A stretch of 64,000 bases of DNA from an uncultured Bacteroidales bacterium (GTDB lineage: Bacteria; Bacillota_I; Bacilli_A; ML615J-28; CAG-698). The DNA is taken from NCBI GenBank assembly GCA_964407835.1, contig CAYOXB010000001.1, positions 45,174-109,173 of the forward strand. The letters run 5' to 3'. The notes beneath the pieces are model-generated. The model did no database searches and was not told the DNA's origin. It saw nothing but the letters and a program-made list of their open reading frames with translations. Position numbers and translations under genes: made by a program. Positions 30,709 through 41,060 of this stretch are shown in pieces (the stretch's first letter is position 1; the number at the start of each line of letters is the position of its first letter).

Positions 30709-31809
30709 ATGTCAGTAATTAGTAAAAATCAATTACTTGAAGCGGGTGCCCATTTCGGTCATAACACTCGCCGCTGGAATCCGAAAATGAAAGAATACAT
30801 TTTTGGTGAGAGAAATGGGATTTATATTATCGATTTAGATAAAACAGTAACGAAAGTTGAGGAAGCATATAAAGAGCTTTTCACAATCGTTCAAAACAAT
30901 GGTAGAGTTATTTTTGTAGGAACTCGTAAACAAACACAAGATGTAATTAAAGAAGAAGCTACAAGAGCTGGTCAATTTTATGTTGATCAACGTTGGTTAG
31001 GAGGAACTCTTACTAACTATAAAACAATACGTCGTAGTATTGGTAGACTATTTGAAATTGAAAAAATGGAAGAAGAAGGCGTATTTGAAGTACTACCTAA
31101 AAAAGAAGTTTTATTAATTAAAAAAGAAAAAGAAAAACTAGATAAATTCTTCAACGGAATTAGAGAAATGAAAGCAATGCCTGAGGCTATGGTTGTTGTA
31201 GATCCAAAGAGCGAACACATTGCAGTTAAAGAAGCTAGAAAATTAGGTATTCCTATTTTTGGTATTGTTGATACTAACTGTGATCCAGATGAAGTAGATT
31301 TTGTTATCCCAGCAAACGATGATGCTATTAGAGCAGTTAAATTAATCGTTGGAACACTTGCAAATGCAGTTGTAGAAGCTCAAGGTGGAGTACCAATTGA
31401 AATAGAATTTGTTGATGAACCAGTAGTAGAAGATAGAAACCGTAGAAGTAAAGATAAATTTGCTTCTAGAAAACCTAGAAGACCATATCAAGATAGACAA
31501 AGTTCAGATAAACCTCAGTCAGAAAGACCACAGTCAGATAGACCTAGATATAACAAAGAAGAAAGATCAGAAGAAAAATCTGAACATCCTAGAGCTACAA
31601 AAGCTAAAGTAGAAAAAGATAATCTTGAGGTAAAAGAAGAAAAACCTGTTAAAAAAGTTGTGAAAAAAGAAGAACCAAAAGCTGAAGTTAAAGAAGAAGT
31701 TAAAGTTGCTAAAGAAGCTGAAGTGAAAACTGAAGTAAAAGAAGAAAAACCAAAAGTAGCAAAAGCTAAAAAGGTTGAAGCACCTAAAACTGAAGAGGAG
31801 GCTAAATAA
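30709..31809 (+). CDS. rpsB: 30S ribosomal protein S2 with a long K/E/P-rich C-terminal tail
   Basis: Conserved S2 core '[10 protein letters not shown]...RWNPKM'. There are about 120 extra C-terminal residues of charged low complexity. Confidence 0.95.
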   Translation: MSVISKNQLLEAGAHFGHNTRRWNPKMKEYIFGERNGIYIIDLDKTVTKVEEAYKELFTIVQNNGRVIFVGTRKQTQDVIKEEATRAGQFYVDQRWLGGTLTNYKTIRRSIGRLFEIEKMEEEGVFEVLPKKEVLLIKKEKEKLDKFFNGIREMKAMPEAMVVVDPKSEHIAVKEARKLGIPIFGIVDTNCDPDEVDFVIPANDDAIRAVKLIVGTLANAVVEAQGGVPIEIEFVDEPVVEDRNRRSKDKFASRKPRRPYQDRQSSDKPQSERPQSDRPRYNKEERSEEKSEHPRATKAKVEKDNLEVKEEKPVKKVVKKEEPKAEVKEEVKVAKEAEVKTEVKEEKPKVAKAKKVEAPKTEEEAK

Positions 31810-32681
31810 TGATTAGTGCAAAATTAGTTAAAGAATTACGTGATAAAACTGGAGCAGGAATGATGGATTGTAAAAAGGCCCTTGTTGAAACAAATGGGGA
31901 CTTAGAAGCAGCTATCGTTTGGTTACGTGAAAATGGAATTATGAAAGCTCAAAAGAAAGCAGACAGAATAGCTGCTGAAGGCTCTTGTGCATTTTATATT
32001 TCAGGAAACCGCGCTGTTGTTTATGAAGTAAATAGCGAAACTGACTTTGTTGCTAGAAATGAAGTTTTTCAAAACTTAGTTTCAAGAATTGGTGAAGCTA
32101 TTGCAAATAGCAAAGCAACTAATGAAGAAGAATCATTTAATGCTAAATTGGGTAATGAAACTGTTAATGATATGATCGTTAATGGAACAGCAACTATTGG
32201 TGAAAAACTTTCTTTACGTAGAGTTAATATAGTAGAAAAAACTGATAATCAAGTATTTGGTGCATATAGTCATATGCATGGCAAAATTGTTGTTTTATCA
32301 GTAGTAGAAGGTAAAAATGAAGAAGTAGCAAAAGATGTATGTATGCATGTTGCTGCTATGAATCCTAAATATTTAGATGAGAGTTCTGTTGACCCAGCGT
32401 TCTTAAAGAGCGAAAGAGAGATATTAGTTCAAGAAACTTTAAATGAAGGAAAACCTGCACATATTGTTGATCGTATTGTTGAAGGTAAAGTTCAAAAAAT
32501 GTTGAAATCTATTTGTTTAGTTGACCAAGAGTTTGTTAAAAACCCTGATGTTACTATCGGTCAATATGCTAAACAAAACGATTCTAAAATAATCTCATTT
32601 GTACGCCTTGAAGTTGGTGAAGGACTAGAAAAACGTGTAGATGATTTTGCTGCTGAAGTTATGGCAGCAGTTAATGCATAA
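31809..32681 (+). CDS. tsf: Elongation factor Ts
   Basis: UBA-like 'ISAKLVKELRDKTGAGMMDCKKAL'. Confidence 0.95.
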   Translation: MISAKLVKELRDKTGAGMMDCKKALVETNGDLEAAIVWLRENGIMKAQKKADRIAAEGSCAFYISGNRAVVYEVNSETDFVARNEVFQNLVSRIGEAIANSKATNEEESFNAKLGNETVNDMIVNGTATIGEKLSLRRVNIVEKTDNQVFGAYSHMHGKIVVLSVVEGKNEEVAKDVCMHVAAMNPKYLDESSVDPAFLKSEREILVQETLNEGKPAHIVDRIVEGKVQKMLKSICLVDQEFVKNPDVTIGQYAKQNDSKIISFVRLEVGEGLEKRVDDFAAEVMAAVNA

Positions 32682-32745
32682 AAAACTTGGCGCTTATTTT
32701 TTAAGTGCCTTTTATTAAAAATAAAAGTATATTTTTGGAGGGCTA

Positions 32746-33462
32746 ATGAAGAGAAGGATTGTTTTAAAACTTAGTGGTGAAGCTCTTGCTGGGAAAGACA
32801 AGATTGGTATTTCTCATCAAGTAGTAAATGAAATTGCCAAAGACATTAAAGAACTCTATGATTTAGGTAATATAGAATTATCAATCGTAGTTGGTGCTGG
32901 TAATATTTGGCGTGGGAAAGATGCTCTGCTTTCTGGAATGGAAAGATCAAGTGCGGATTATATGGGGATGCTTGCAACAATCTTAAATGCTTTAGCTTTA
33001 CAAAATGCTCTTGAAAGACTGGGCTTAGATACTAGAGCTATGACATCTCTTCAAATACCTGCAGTTGCAGAACCCTATATTCGAAGAAAAGCATTATCTC
33101 ATCTAACAAAAGATAGAGTATTAATCTTTGGTGGAGGCAATGGTATTCCATTCTTTACTACAGATACAACAGCTGCTCTGAGAAGTGCAGAACTTGGTGC
33201 AGATTTAATTTTAATGGCTAAAAATGGTGTAGATGGTGTTTATGATTGCGATCCAAAGTCAAATGGAAAAGCTAAAAAGTTTACAAAGCTAACCCATAAA
33301 GAGCTTTTAGAAAAAAATTTACATGTTATGGATTTAACAGCTGCAACCCTATGCCAAGAAAACGATATTGATATTTTTGTTTTTGATATGAATGTGAAAG
33401 GAAATATAGCTCGTGCTGTAAATGATTTTAGTATTGGCACACTTATTTCTAATAAAAAATAA
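32746..33462 (+). CDS. pyrH: UMP kinase
   Basis: 'RIVLKLSGEAL...VVGAGNIWRG'. Confidence 0.95.
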   Translation: MKRRIVLKLSGEALAGKDKIGISHQVVNEIAKDIKELYDLGNIELSIVVGAGNIWRGKDALLSGMERSSADYMGMLATILNALALQNALERLGLDTRAMTSLQIPAVAEPYIRRKALSHLTKDRVLIFGGGNGIPFFTTDTTAALRSAELGADLILMAKNGVDGVYDCDPKSNGKAKKFTKLTHKELLEKNLHVMDLTAATLCQENDIDIFVFDMNVKGNIARAVNDFSIGTLISNKK

Positions 33463-33477
33463 TAGGAGGAATTTATT

Positions 33478-34035
33478 ATGCCACAAGATATTTATTTAAA
33501 TGGTGAAGATAGAATGAATAAAACAATTGCTGCTTTTTCACGTGAACTTAGTTTAATTAGAACAGGAAGAGCAAATCCAGCAGTTTTAAATAATGTTGAA
33601 GTGTCTTATTATGGAGTAGCAACTCCTTTAAACCAAATTGCATCTCTATCTGTTCCAGAAGCTACACAATTAGTTATTAAACCTTTTGATAAGTCAATTT
33701 TAAAAGATCTTGAAAAAGCAATTCAACTTGCAGACTTAAATTTAGTTCCAGTAAATGATGGTACTGTTATTAGAATTAACTTTCCACCACTTACAGAACA
33801 AAGAAGAAAAGAATTTGCTAAAGACGTTAAGGGCTTAGCAGAAGATGCTAAAATTTCTGTTAGAAATATTCGCAGAGACATGGTTGAACAAGTGAAGAAA
33901 CTTGAAAAAGACAGCGTTATTAGCGAAGATGATTTAAAAAGAGAAACTGAAAAGATTCAAAAACTTACTGATAAATTTACAGAAGAAGTTGACAAACTTT
34001 TCAAAGAAAAAGAAAAACAAATTATGGAAATATAA
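33478..34035 (+). CDS. frr: Ribosome recycling factor
   Basis: 'RTGRANPAVLNNVEVSYYG'. The start may instead be at 33514. Confidence 0.93.
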   Translation: MPQDIYLNGEDRMNKTIAAFSRELSLIRTGRANPAVLNNVEVSYYGVATPLNQIASLSVPEATQLVIKPFDKSILKDLEKAIQLADLNLVPVNDGTVIRINFPPLTEQRRKEFAKDVKGLAEDAKISVRNIRRDMVEQVKKLEKDSVISEDDLKRETEKIQKLTDKFTEEVDKLFKEKEKQIMEI

Positions 34036-34038
34036 TAA

Positions 34039-34075
34039 AACCCCTATAGTTAAATCTATAGGGTTTTATTTTTAA
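34039..34075 (+). terminator. Terminator after frr
   Basis: aaaacccctatag/ttaaatc/tatagggtttt followed by a T-run. Confidence 0.75.
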
Positions 34076-34170
34076 TAAGTATTATAAAACCCAAACATGT
34101 CATATTAAGTCATAAAACTTATGGAGTTTTATCTAAAATTAGTGTATAATATATCAAGTGGAGGAAAGCT

Positions 34171-34878
34171 ATGAAGAAACAAAAAAATATTCAAGCTAAT
34201 ATTCCTGACCATATTGCGATTATTATGGACGGTAATGGCACTTGGGCAAAAAGAAGAGGTTTACCAAGAAACTATGGGCATAGAAGTGGGGCTAATAGAC
34301 TAATTGAATTAGTTTACTATGCAAATGAACTAGGTTTAAAATACTTAACTGTTTTTGCTTTTAGCACAGAAAACTGGAGTAGACCGAAAGAAGAAGTAGA
34401 TTTTCTATTAAAACTACCTTTTGAATTTATTGAAGAAAATAAAGAAAAATTAATAAGTAGTAATATTAAGGTGGAATTAATTGGTAGACGAGATAGAATA
34501 GATGAAAAACTTCGAGAACAAATTTATAGTATTGAAGAAGATACTAAATTAAACACGGGTTTGACTTTTATTATTGCTTTTGATTATGGTTCACAAGATG
34601 AAATATTAAGAGCAATTAATAAAATATTAGAAGAAGATATAAAAGAAATAGATAAACAAACTTTTGAGGGTTACTTAGATACAAAGAATTATCCTAATAT
34701 TGATTTATTAATTAGAACAAGTGGCCAAAAAAGAATAAGCAATTTCTTATTATGGCAAATTGCATATAGTGAGATTTATATTACTAAAACACTTTGGCCT
34801 GCTTTTGGTAAAAAAGCATTTAATAAGGCCTTGAAAGATTATAAAAAACGCGAAAGGCGATATGGGGGCTTAAAATGA
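34171..34878 (+). CDS. uppS: Undecaprenyl diphosphate synthase
   Basis: 'HIAIIMDGNGTWA...NYGHRSG...LTVFAFSTENW...IRTSG'. Confidence 0.95.
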   Translation: MKKQKNIQANIPDHIAIIMDGNGTWAKRRGLPRNYGHRSGANRLIELVYYANELGLKYLTVFAFSTENWSRPKEEVDFLLKLPFEFIEENKEKLISSNIKVELIGRRDRIDEKLREQIYSIEEDTKLNTGLTFIIAFDYGSQDEILRAINKILEEDIKEIDKQTFEGYLDTKNYPNIDLLIRTSGQKRISNFLLWQIAYSEIYITKTLWPAFGKKAFNKALKDYKKRERRYGGLK

Positions 34879-35792
34879 AAAAAAGAATTATTACAGCTGC
34901 AGTTTTAATGGCTGTTTTAGTTCCGCTAGTAATGATAGACTTAAAATATGAAGTTGTCATTGGCGGTGTTGGATTTTCTATTGTTGGGACATTGTTTTTA
35001 GCTTTAGGAATATTTTTAAGTATGGTTGCTTCATACGAGATGATGAATATGTTTGCATCAAAGCATCCTACCTTAAAAAACCTTCGATTTTTTATTGCTA
35101 TATTTAACGGTGTTATTGTTTTGATTATAACTAAGTTTGGTGGCACTTCATTTCCGATAGAAATATTGTTATTACTTGCAGTTATATTAATAATTATGTT
35201 TCTTACTACTTTTAGAAAAGAATCAACAGCATACGATCTTATGGCAGCTATAACTACAATTGCTTATTGTGGTTTAATGTTTGGTTATGTTATTAATATT
35301 AGATATTTAGAACCGTTTCCTCCTGGTGAAACTCTTATATATTTAAGAGGTGGAAGAAGTTTTGGATATTTATTTTCTATCGTTATAGCAACTGATACAT
35401 TTGCATATTTGTTTGGAAGTTTATTTGGGAAAAAGAGATTAGCTCCAGATATTAGTCCAAAGAAGAGTGTTGAAGGGGCTATCGCTGGTGTAATTGGCGG
35501 AAGCCTAGTTGGTGTTGCAATGATATTCTATCTAAAGATATCAAATCATTCTAATTCAAAAGAATTGCTATACGTAATATTAGTTGGATTATTCTTGTCG
35601 ATGTTTTTATCACTCACTGTTCAAATTGGTGACTTAGTAGCATCTAAGATTAAAAGGACTTTTGATATAAAAGATTTTGGAACTATTTTTCCTGGACATG
35701 GTGGAGTAATAGATAGGTTTGACAGTTTAATTTATTCTGGAGTTGCTTATTATATTATTGTTCAAGCTCTTTATTTAATATTGGTAAGGTAG
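34875..35792 (+). CDS. cdsA: Phosphatidate cytidylyltransferase
   Basis: Multi-TM protein with C-terminal 'KDFGTIFPGHGGVIDRFDS'. Confidence 0.88.
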   Translation: MKKRIITAAVLMAVLVPLVMIDLKYEVVIGGVGFSIVGTLFLALGIFLSMVASYEMMNMFASKHPTLKNLRFFIAIFNGVIVLIITKFGGTSFPIEILLLLAVILIIMFLTTFRKESTAYDLMAAITTIAYCGLMFGYVINIRYLEPFPPGETLIYLRGGRSFGYLFSIVIATDTFAYLFGSLFGKKRLAPDISPKKSVEGAIAGVIGGSLVGVAMIFYLKISNHSNSKELLYVILVGLFLSMFLSLTVQIGDLVASKIKRTFDIKDFGTIFPGHGGVIDRFDSLIYSGVAYYIIVQALYLILVR

Positions 35793-35796
35793 AGGC

Positions 35797-36948
35797 ATGA
35801 AAAAAATTATTTTACTTGGTGCAACTGGATCTATTGGAACTCAAGTACTCGAAATTATTAGAGAAAATAAAGAATATGAGTTAATTAGTATTTCCGTAGG
35901 CAGAAATATTGAAAAGGCCTATTTAATAGTTGATGAATTTAGACCTAAATATGTTTCTACAATCAATCAAGAAGATTCCAAAAAGTTAAAAGAAAGGTTT
36001 CCTTATCTTGAAGTTGGCTTTGGTGAAGATGGCTTAATTAAAGCTGCGACATTTGGAAAGGAAAGAGTAAATGTAATTAATGCTGTAGTTGGAATGGTTG
36101 GACTCATACCTACTGTTGAAGCGATAAAAAAAGGAAATAATATTTTACTGGCAAATAAAGAAACTTTAGTTTGTGCTGGTGAAATAATAACTAGATATGT
36201 AAATGACTATAATGTGAAGTTAATACCTATTGATAGTGAACATAGTACTGTCTTACAGTGTTTACAAAGTGGTAGAATTGAAGATGTTAATAGAATTGTC
36301 TTAACAGCTTCAGGTGGTTCATTTAGAGATAAAACTCGTGTCGAATTAAATGATGTTACAGTTTTAGAAGCATTAAAACATCCTAATTGGCAAATGGGTG
36401 CTAAAATAACAATCGACAGTGCTACAATGGTTAACAAGGGTTTAGAAATTATTGAAGCACATCATTTATTTTCTTTAGATTACGATAAAATAGAAACAGT
36501 AATTCATAAAGAAAGTATAATTCATTCACTTGTGGAATATAATGATGGAACTATTATTGCTGGATTATCTTATCCAGATATGAAGATTCCAATTCAATAT
36601 GCTTTAAGTTTACCTAATCGTTATAAAATTAAAGGAATTAAAAACTTAAACCTTAAGGAAGTATTAAGTCTTAATTTTAGTCCAATGGATTATGAGAGAT
36701 TTCCATTAGTTAAGCTTGCTTATGAAGTAGGCAAAATGGGTGGAATAATGCCAATGGTTTATAATAGTGCAAATGAAATAGCAGTTAAGTTATTTTTGGA
36801 TGGTAAAATAAAGTTTTTAGATATAGAAGATATTATCTTCTATGCAGTTAAAAATACACAAAATATTCAAAACCCTACATTAGAAGAAATTATAAGTTAT
36901 GATAAGTTGTTGAGGAAACAACTTCTAGAAAAATTTGAGGTGAAGTAA
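35797..36948 (+). CDS. dxr: 1-deoxy-D-xylulose 5-phosphate reductoisomerase
   Basis: 'ILLGATGSIGTQ', 'LLANKETLV' and 'PIDSEHSTV'. Confidence 0.95.
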   Translation: MKKIILLGATGSIGTQVLEIIRENKEYELISISVGRNIEKAYLIVDEFRPKYVSTINQEDSKKLKERFPYLEVGFGEDGLIKAATFGKERVNVINAVVGMVGLIPTVEAIKKGNNILLANKETLVCAGEIITRYVNDYNVKLIPIDSEHSTVLQCLQSGRIEDVNRIVLTASGGSFRDKTRVELNDVTVLEALKHPNWQMGAKITIDSATMVNKGLEIIEAHHLFSLDYDKIETVIHKESIIHSLVEYNDGTIIAGLSYPDMKIPIQYALSLPNRYKIKGIKNLNLKEVLSLNFSPMDYERFPLVKLAYEVGKMGGIMPMVYNSANEIAVKLFLDGKIKFLDIEDIIFYAVKNTQNIQNPTLEEIISYDKLLRKQLLEKFEVK

Positions 36949-36949
36949 A

Positions 36950-38587
36950 ATGGGATTTTTAGGTACGCTTGGTGGCATACTAGTATTTATAATAATTTTG
37001 GGTGTTATAATCGCCCTACATGAAGGAGGACACTTTTTCTTTGCAAGACGTGCAGGAATATTAGCTCGTGAATTTGCATTTGGGATGGGTCCAATTTTAT
37101 GGAAAAAGAAAAAAGGAGAAACACTCTATACAATTAGAGCTTTCCCCATTGGTGGTTTTTGTGCTATCGCTGGTGAAGAAGCAGAGGATGATCCTTTTTT
37201 AAATCAAAAAAGAGTAAAACTTGATATAGTTGATGGAGCTGTTCAAGGTATATATTTTGATTTAGAGGGACCTGAAAAGTTCCCAATCTATGATATTATT
37301 ACATATGATATTTTTGATGAAGAAAACACAGGTAATTTATTCCTTCAAGTAAGTGATGGAATAGAAGAAAGTCTGTTTACTGTTAAAGCTGATGCAATGT
37401 TATATGTTGGTAAACAAGAACAACAAATAGCACCATATAATAGAACTTTAGATTCAAAATCAAAAGGTGCTAGAGCAATGGTTATGTTTGGTGGACCACT
37501 AATGAACTTTTTATTAGCTATTGTAGTTTTCTTTATAGCTGCATTAATAAATGGTTTTCCGGTAGTTGAGGATTCTAAAATTCAAATCGAAGAATCATCT
37601 GCTATTTATGAAGCTGGTTTGAGAAATTATGATAAGATAATTAAACTAGAAACAGCTGATTCTTTAATATCTTTAGAAATTGATGAATGGGAAGATGTAT
37701 CTGTCTTTATGACTAATTACCGTGAAAGTGGAAATTTATCTATGATAGAGCTTTATTATTTGCGAGATGGAGAAACAAAACACCTAAGTATTCAGCCAAG
37801 TATTACTTTAAATAATCTTGCTATTGAAACACGAGCTCATGCAGAAGGTCTTAAGATAATCAAATATATTGAAGCTAATGATAGTATGATTAATAATTCA
37901 AGCTTAAGTGGCTTTATTAAAGATGAAAAAGAAGTTATTATTACTGCTTTTAAATATGATGGAGTAACTATTGATGCAAAAGATTTCGTAGCTGTTTATA
38001 AATTTTTGAATGCTTATGAAGGCAGTAGAAAAATGGCAGAAGCTAACCAAATTACTTTAGAACTATCTGTTGATGGAGAGGTTAAAACTGTTAAAGTTAC
38101 ACCTTATTCTAAAAAGGTTATGAATTATCAATATAAACAAAATGGTTTAGAAGTTGTAAAAGTTGCAATAGGAATATCTCCAGTATCTAAATTTAGTTTA
38201 GGTCAAAGTTTATTGTTCCCTTTAACTCAAACATATAAATCCGCAACTGCAGTATTTTCAACTCTGGGCATGCTGTTTAGTGGAGATATCTCTATTAAAG
38301 CTATGTCTGGATTTGTAGGTATTGCTTCAACAACTGTTAAAGTTACAAAAATGGGATTTACATCAATACTTATGTGGACTGGATTACTAAGTGTCAATAT
38401 AGGATTATTAAACTTACTTCCTATTCCAGCACTTGATGGTGGTAGGCTTGTGTTTTTAGCCTATGAAGCAGTAACAAAGAAAAAACCAAATAAGAAAGTA
38501 GAAACATGGCTAATTGTTGCAACAATGCTTCTATTATTTGGACTAATGATTTTCGTAACAATAAATGATATTATAAAAGCAATATAG
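36950..38587 (+). CDS. rseP: RIP site-2 metalloprotease RseP/RasP (extended, 545 aa)
   Basis: 'HEGGHFFFAR' HExxH in TM1, PDZ region, C-terminal 'LNLLPIPALDGG'. Confidence 0.9.
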   Translation: MGFLGTLGGILVFIIILGVIIALHEGGHFFFARRAGILAREFAFGMGPILWKKKKGETLYTIRAFPIGGFCAIAGEEAEDDPFLNQKRVKLDIVDGAVQGIYFDLEGPEKFPIYDIITYDIFDEENTGNLFLQVSDGIEESLFTVKADAMLYVGKQEQQIAPYNRTLDSKSKGARAMVMFGGPLMNFLLAIVVFFIAALINGFPVVEDSKIQIEESSAIYEAGLRNYDKIIKLETADSLISLEIDEWEDVSVFMTNYRESGNLSMIELYYLRDGETKHLSIQPSITLNNLAIETRAHAEGLKIIKYIEANDSMINNSSLSGFIKDEKEVIITAFKYDGVTIDAKDFVAVYKFLNAYEGSRKMAEANQITLELSVDGEVKTVKVTPYSKKVMNYQYKQNGLEVVKVAIGISPVSKFSLGQSLLFPLTQTYKSATAVFSTLGMLFSGDISIKAMSGFVGIASTTVKVTKMGFTSILMWTGLLSVNIGLLNLLPIPALDGGRLVFLAYEAVTKKKPNKKVETWLIVATMLLLFGLMIFVTINDIIKAI

Positions 38588-38596
38588 GAGGATTAA

Positions 38597-39847
38597 GTGA
38601 AACAAACATTATTATTTGTTCCTACACTAAGAGATATACCAAAAGATGCAGAAGTTTTAAGCCATAAAATACTACTTAAAGGCGGATATATAAAACAAGT
38701 TGCTGCAGGTATTTATACATATTTACCTCTTGGTTATAAAGTAATTAAAAAAATAGAAACTATAGTTAGAGAAGAAATGGATAGAATAGGTTGTAGTGAA
38801 CTTCATATGCCTGTTTTAAATCCAAAAGATTTGTGGGTTGAATCTGGTAGATGGGATAAGTATGGTAAAGAACTTATGCGTTTACAAGATCGTAATGATC
38901 GTGAATTTTGTCTTGGGCCAACTCACGAAGAAGTAGTAACCTCGATTGTTCGTGATCATGTAAATTCTTATAAGAAACTTCCTTTAGCTCTATATCAAAT
39001 TCAAACTAAATTTAGAGATGAATTTAGACCTAGATTTGGACTTATGCGCGGAAGAGAATTTATAATGAAAGATCTATATACTTTCCATGCAAATGAAGAA
39101 GATTTAGATTTATGGTATTTGAAAGTCCGTCAGGCTTATCAAAATATACTAGATAGACTAGATTTAGATTACCGTATAGTAAGCGCAGATAGCGGCAATA
39201 TAGGTGGTAAATCAAGCGAAGAATTCATGGTTCTGTCTGAAATTGGGGAAGACACAATAGTTTATAGTGATACTGGAACTTTTGCGAGTAACTTTGAATT
39301 ACATCCACTTGAAGTAGGTTCACCATCTCCTGATGGTGTTGGAGTAATCAAACACGCTAAAGGAATAGAAGCTGGTCATATATTTAAACTAGGTACTTTA
39401 TACTCTACAGCAATGAATGCAACATTTTTAGATAAAGACCAAAAGCAAAAACCATTAATAATGGGATGTTATGGTATGGGTATATCTAGACTTTTGATGG
39501 CTGTTTTAGAACAACATTATAAAGATGAACAAGCAAATTGGCCTAAAGAAGTAACTCCTTTTGATATTCATATTTTACCTTTAGAAAAAGAAGGTAGCGA
39601 AGCATATAAACTAGCAGAAGAACTATATGAAAAACTAAGTAAGGAAAATGATGTTTTATTTGATGATAGAACTGAAAGACCTGGGGTTAAGTTTAACGAT
39701 GCTGATTTAATTGGGATTAACAATAGAATTGTAGTTGGTAGGAAAGCAGAATCAGGTATTGTTGAATATAAAGATATTCGTCAAGGTATTGATGAAGAAA
39801 TGACATTTGAGCAAATTTTGCAATTAGAGATTTTAAAAGGTATATAA
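38597..39847 (+). CDS. proS: Proline--tRNA ligase, short bacterial-type without INS editing domain
   Basis: Class II motifs 'FRDEFRPRFGLMRGREFIMKDLYTFH', and a C-terminal anticodon-binding domain. Only 416 aa. Confidence 0.85.
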   Translation: MKQTLLFVPTLRDIPKDAEVLSHKILLKGGYIKQVAAGIYTYLPLGYKVIKKIETIVREEMDRIGCSELHMPVLNPKDLWVESGRWDKYGKELMRLQDRNDREFCLGPTHEEVVTSIVRDHVNSYKKLPLALYQIQTKFRDEFRPRFGLMRGREFIMKDLYTFHANEEDLDLWYLKVRQAYQNILDRLDLDYRIVSADSGNIGGKSSEEFMVLSEIGEDTIVYSDTGTFASNFELHPLEVGSPSPDGVGVIKHAKGIEAGHIFKLGTLYSTAMNATFLDKDQKQKPLIMGCYGMGISRLLMAVLEQHYKDEQANWPKEVTPFDIHILPLEKEGSEAYKLAEELYEKLSKENDVLFDDRTERPGVKFNDADLIGINNRIVVGRKAESGIVEYKDIRQGIDEEMTFEQILQLEILKGI

Positions 39848-39882
39848 TAAATTATAAACAAGTATTATCTTGGAGGATTAAA

Positions 39883-41025
39883 ATGAAAGAACTAAAAGGT
39901 ATTAAAGGAAAAATTTATGTTGAAGGTAGGGGCATTATTGAAACTACTGTAAGCATAAAAAATGGAAAAATTAGTGCAATAGGCGAAGATGGTGACTTTT
40001 ATAAACTAGAAGCTAACCAAATCTTAGTTCCAGGTTTTGTTGATAAACATATTCATGGAGCTAATAGTAGTGATGCAATGTATCCTACTGAAAAAGATAT
40101 TCTAAATATTGCAAAAACGATTGCTAAAGAAGGTGTTACTAGTTTTCTTCCTACCACAATGACTCAATCAGTTGAAAACATTAAACTAGCTCTTGCAAAT
40201 ATAAATGAGTATATGAAGAAAAATCATCATGAAGGTGCAGAAGTTTTAGGAATCCATTTAGAAGGACCATTTATTAATAAGATATATAAAGGAGCTCAAC
40301 CAGAACAATATATAATTGATTGTGATGTAGAGTTATTTAAGGAATTCGAAAAAGCAAGCGGAGGTAACATTAAACAAGTTACTCTAGCATATGAACAAAA
40401 TGGAAAAGAATTAACAAAATATTTAGCTTCTAAAAAAATAGTTCCAAGTTTGGGCCATACAAATGCAACAGCTAAAGAAGTTCTTGAAGCAGCAGCAAAT
40501 GGTGCAACTAGCCTAACTCATTCTTATAATGCAATGAAACCACTTCATCACCGTGAAGCGGGGACAATAGGTGGAGCATTTCTTGCTGAGGAAATGTATG
40601 CGGAAGTTATTACAGATTTAGTTCATGTATCAAAAGAAGCAATTCAAATCCTATATAAGATAAAAGGAAAAGATAAACTTGTTGTTATTACAGATGCAAT
40701 GGAAGCAAAGCATTTGCCTGATGGAAAATATAAACTAGGTGGTCAAGATGTTTTTGTATCTAACAATGAAGCAAGACTTGCATCTGGTGCTCTTGCAGGA
40801 AGTGTTCTTAAAATGGATGATGCAATAAGAAATGTAAAAGAAGTTTTAGGAGTATCTTTAGAAGAAGCAATTGATTTTGTAACTATTAACCCAGCTAGAA
40901 ATATCTTTGTAGATGATAGAAAAGGATCCATTGCATTAGGTAAAGATGCAGACTTTGTTGTAATTGATGAAAATATAAATATTTATAAAACAATTCGTCA
41001 AGGTGAAGTCGTTTATAATAAGTAA
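39883..41025 (+). CDS. nagA: N-acetylglucosamine-6-phosphate deacetylase
   Basis: Amidohydrolase 'PGFVDKHIHG' and 'HLEGPF'. Confidence 0.85.
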   Translation: MKELKGIKGKIYVEGRGIIETTVSIKNGKISAIGEDGDFYKLEANQILVPGFVDKHIHGANSSDAMYPTEKDILNIAKTIAKEGVTSFLPTTMTQSVENIKLALANINEYMKKNHHEGAEVLGIHLEGPFINKIYKGAQPEQYIIDCDVELFKEFEKASGGNIKQVTLAYEQNGKELTKYLASKKIVPSLGHTNATAKEVLEAAANGATSLTHSYNAMKPLHHREAGTIGGAFLAEEMYAEVITDLVHVSKEAIQILYKIKGKDKLVVITDAMEAKHLPDGKYKLGGQDVFVSNNEARLASGALAGSVLKMDDAIRNVKEVLGVSLEEAIDFVTINPARNIFVDDRKGSIALGKDADFVVIDENINIYKTIRQGEVVYNK

Positions 41026-41060
41026 AAAAAACCAACAAATTTGTTGGTTTTTATTTTGTA
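41026..41060. terminator. Bidirectional terminator shared by nagA and udk
   Basis: aaaaaccaacaaa/tt/tgttggttttt. Confidence 0.75.
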
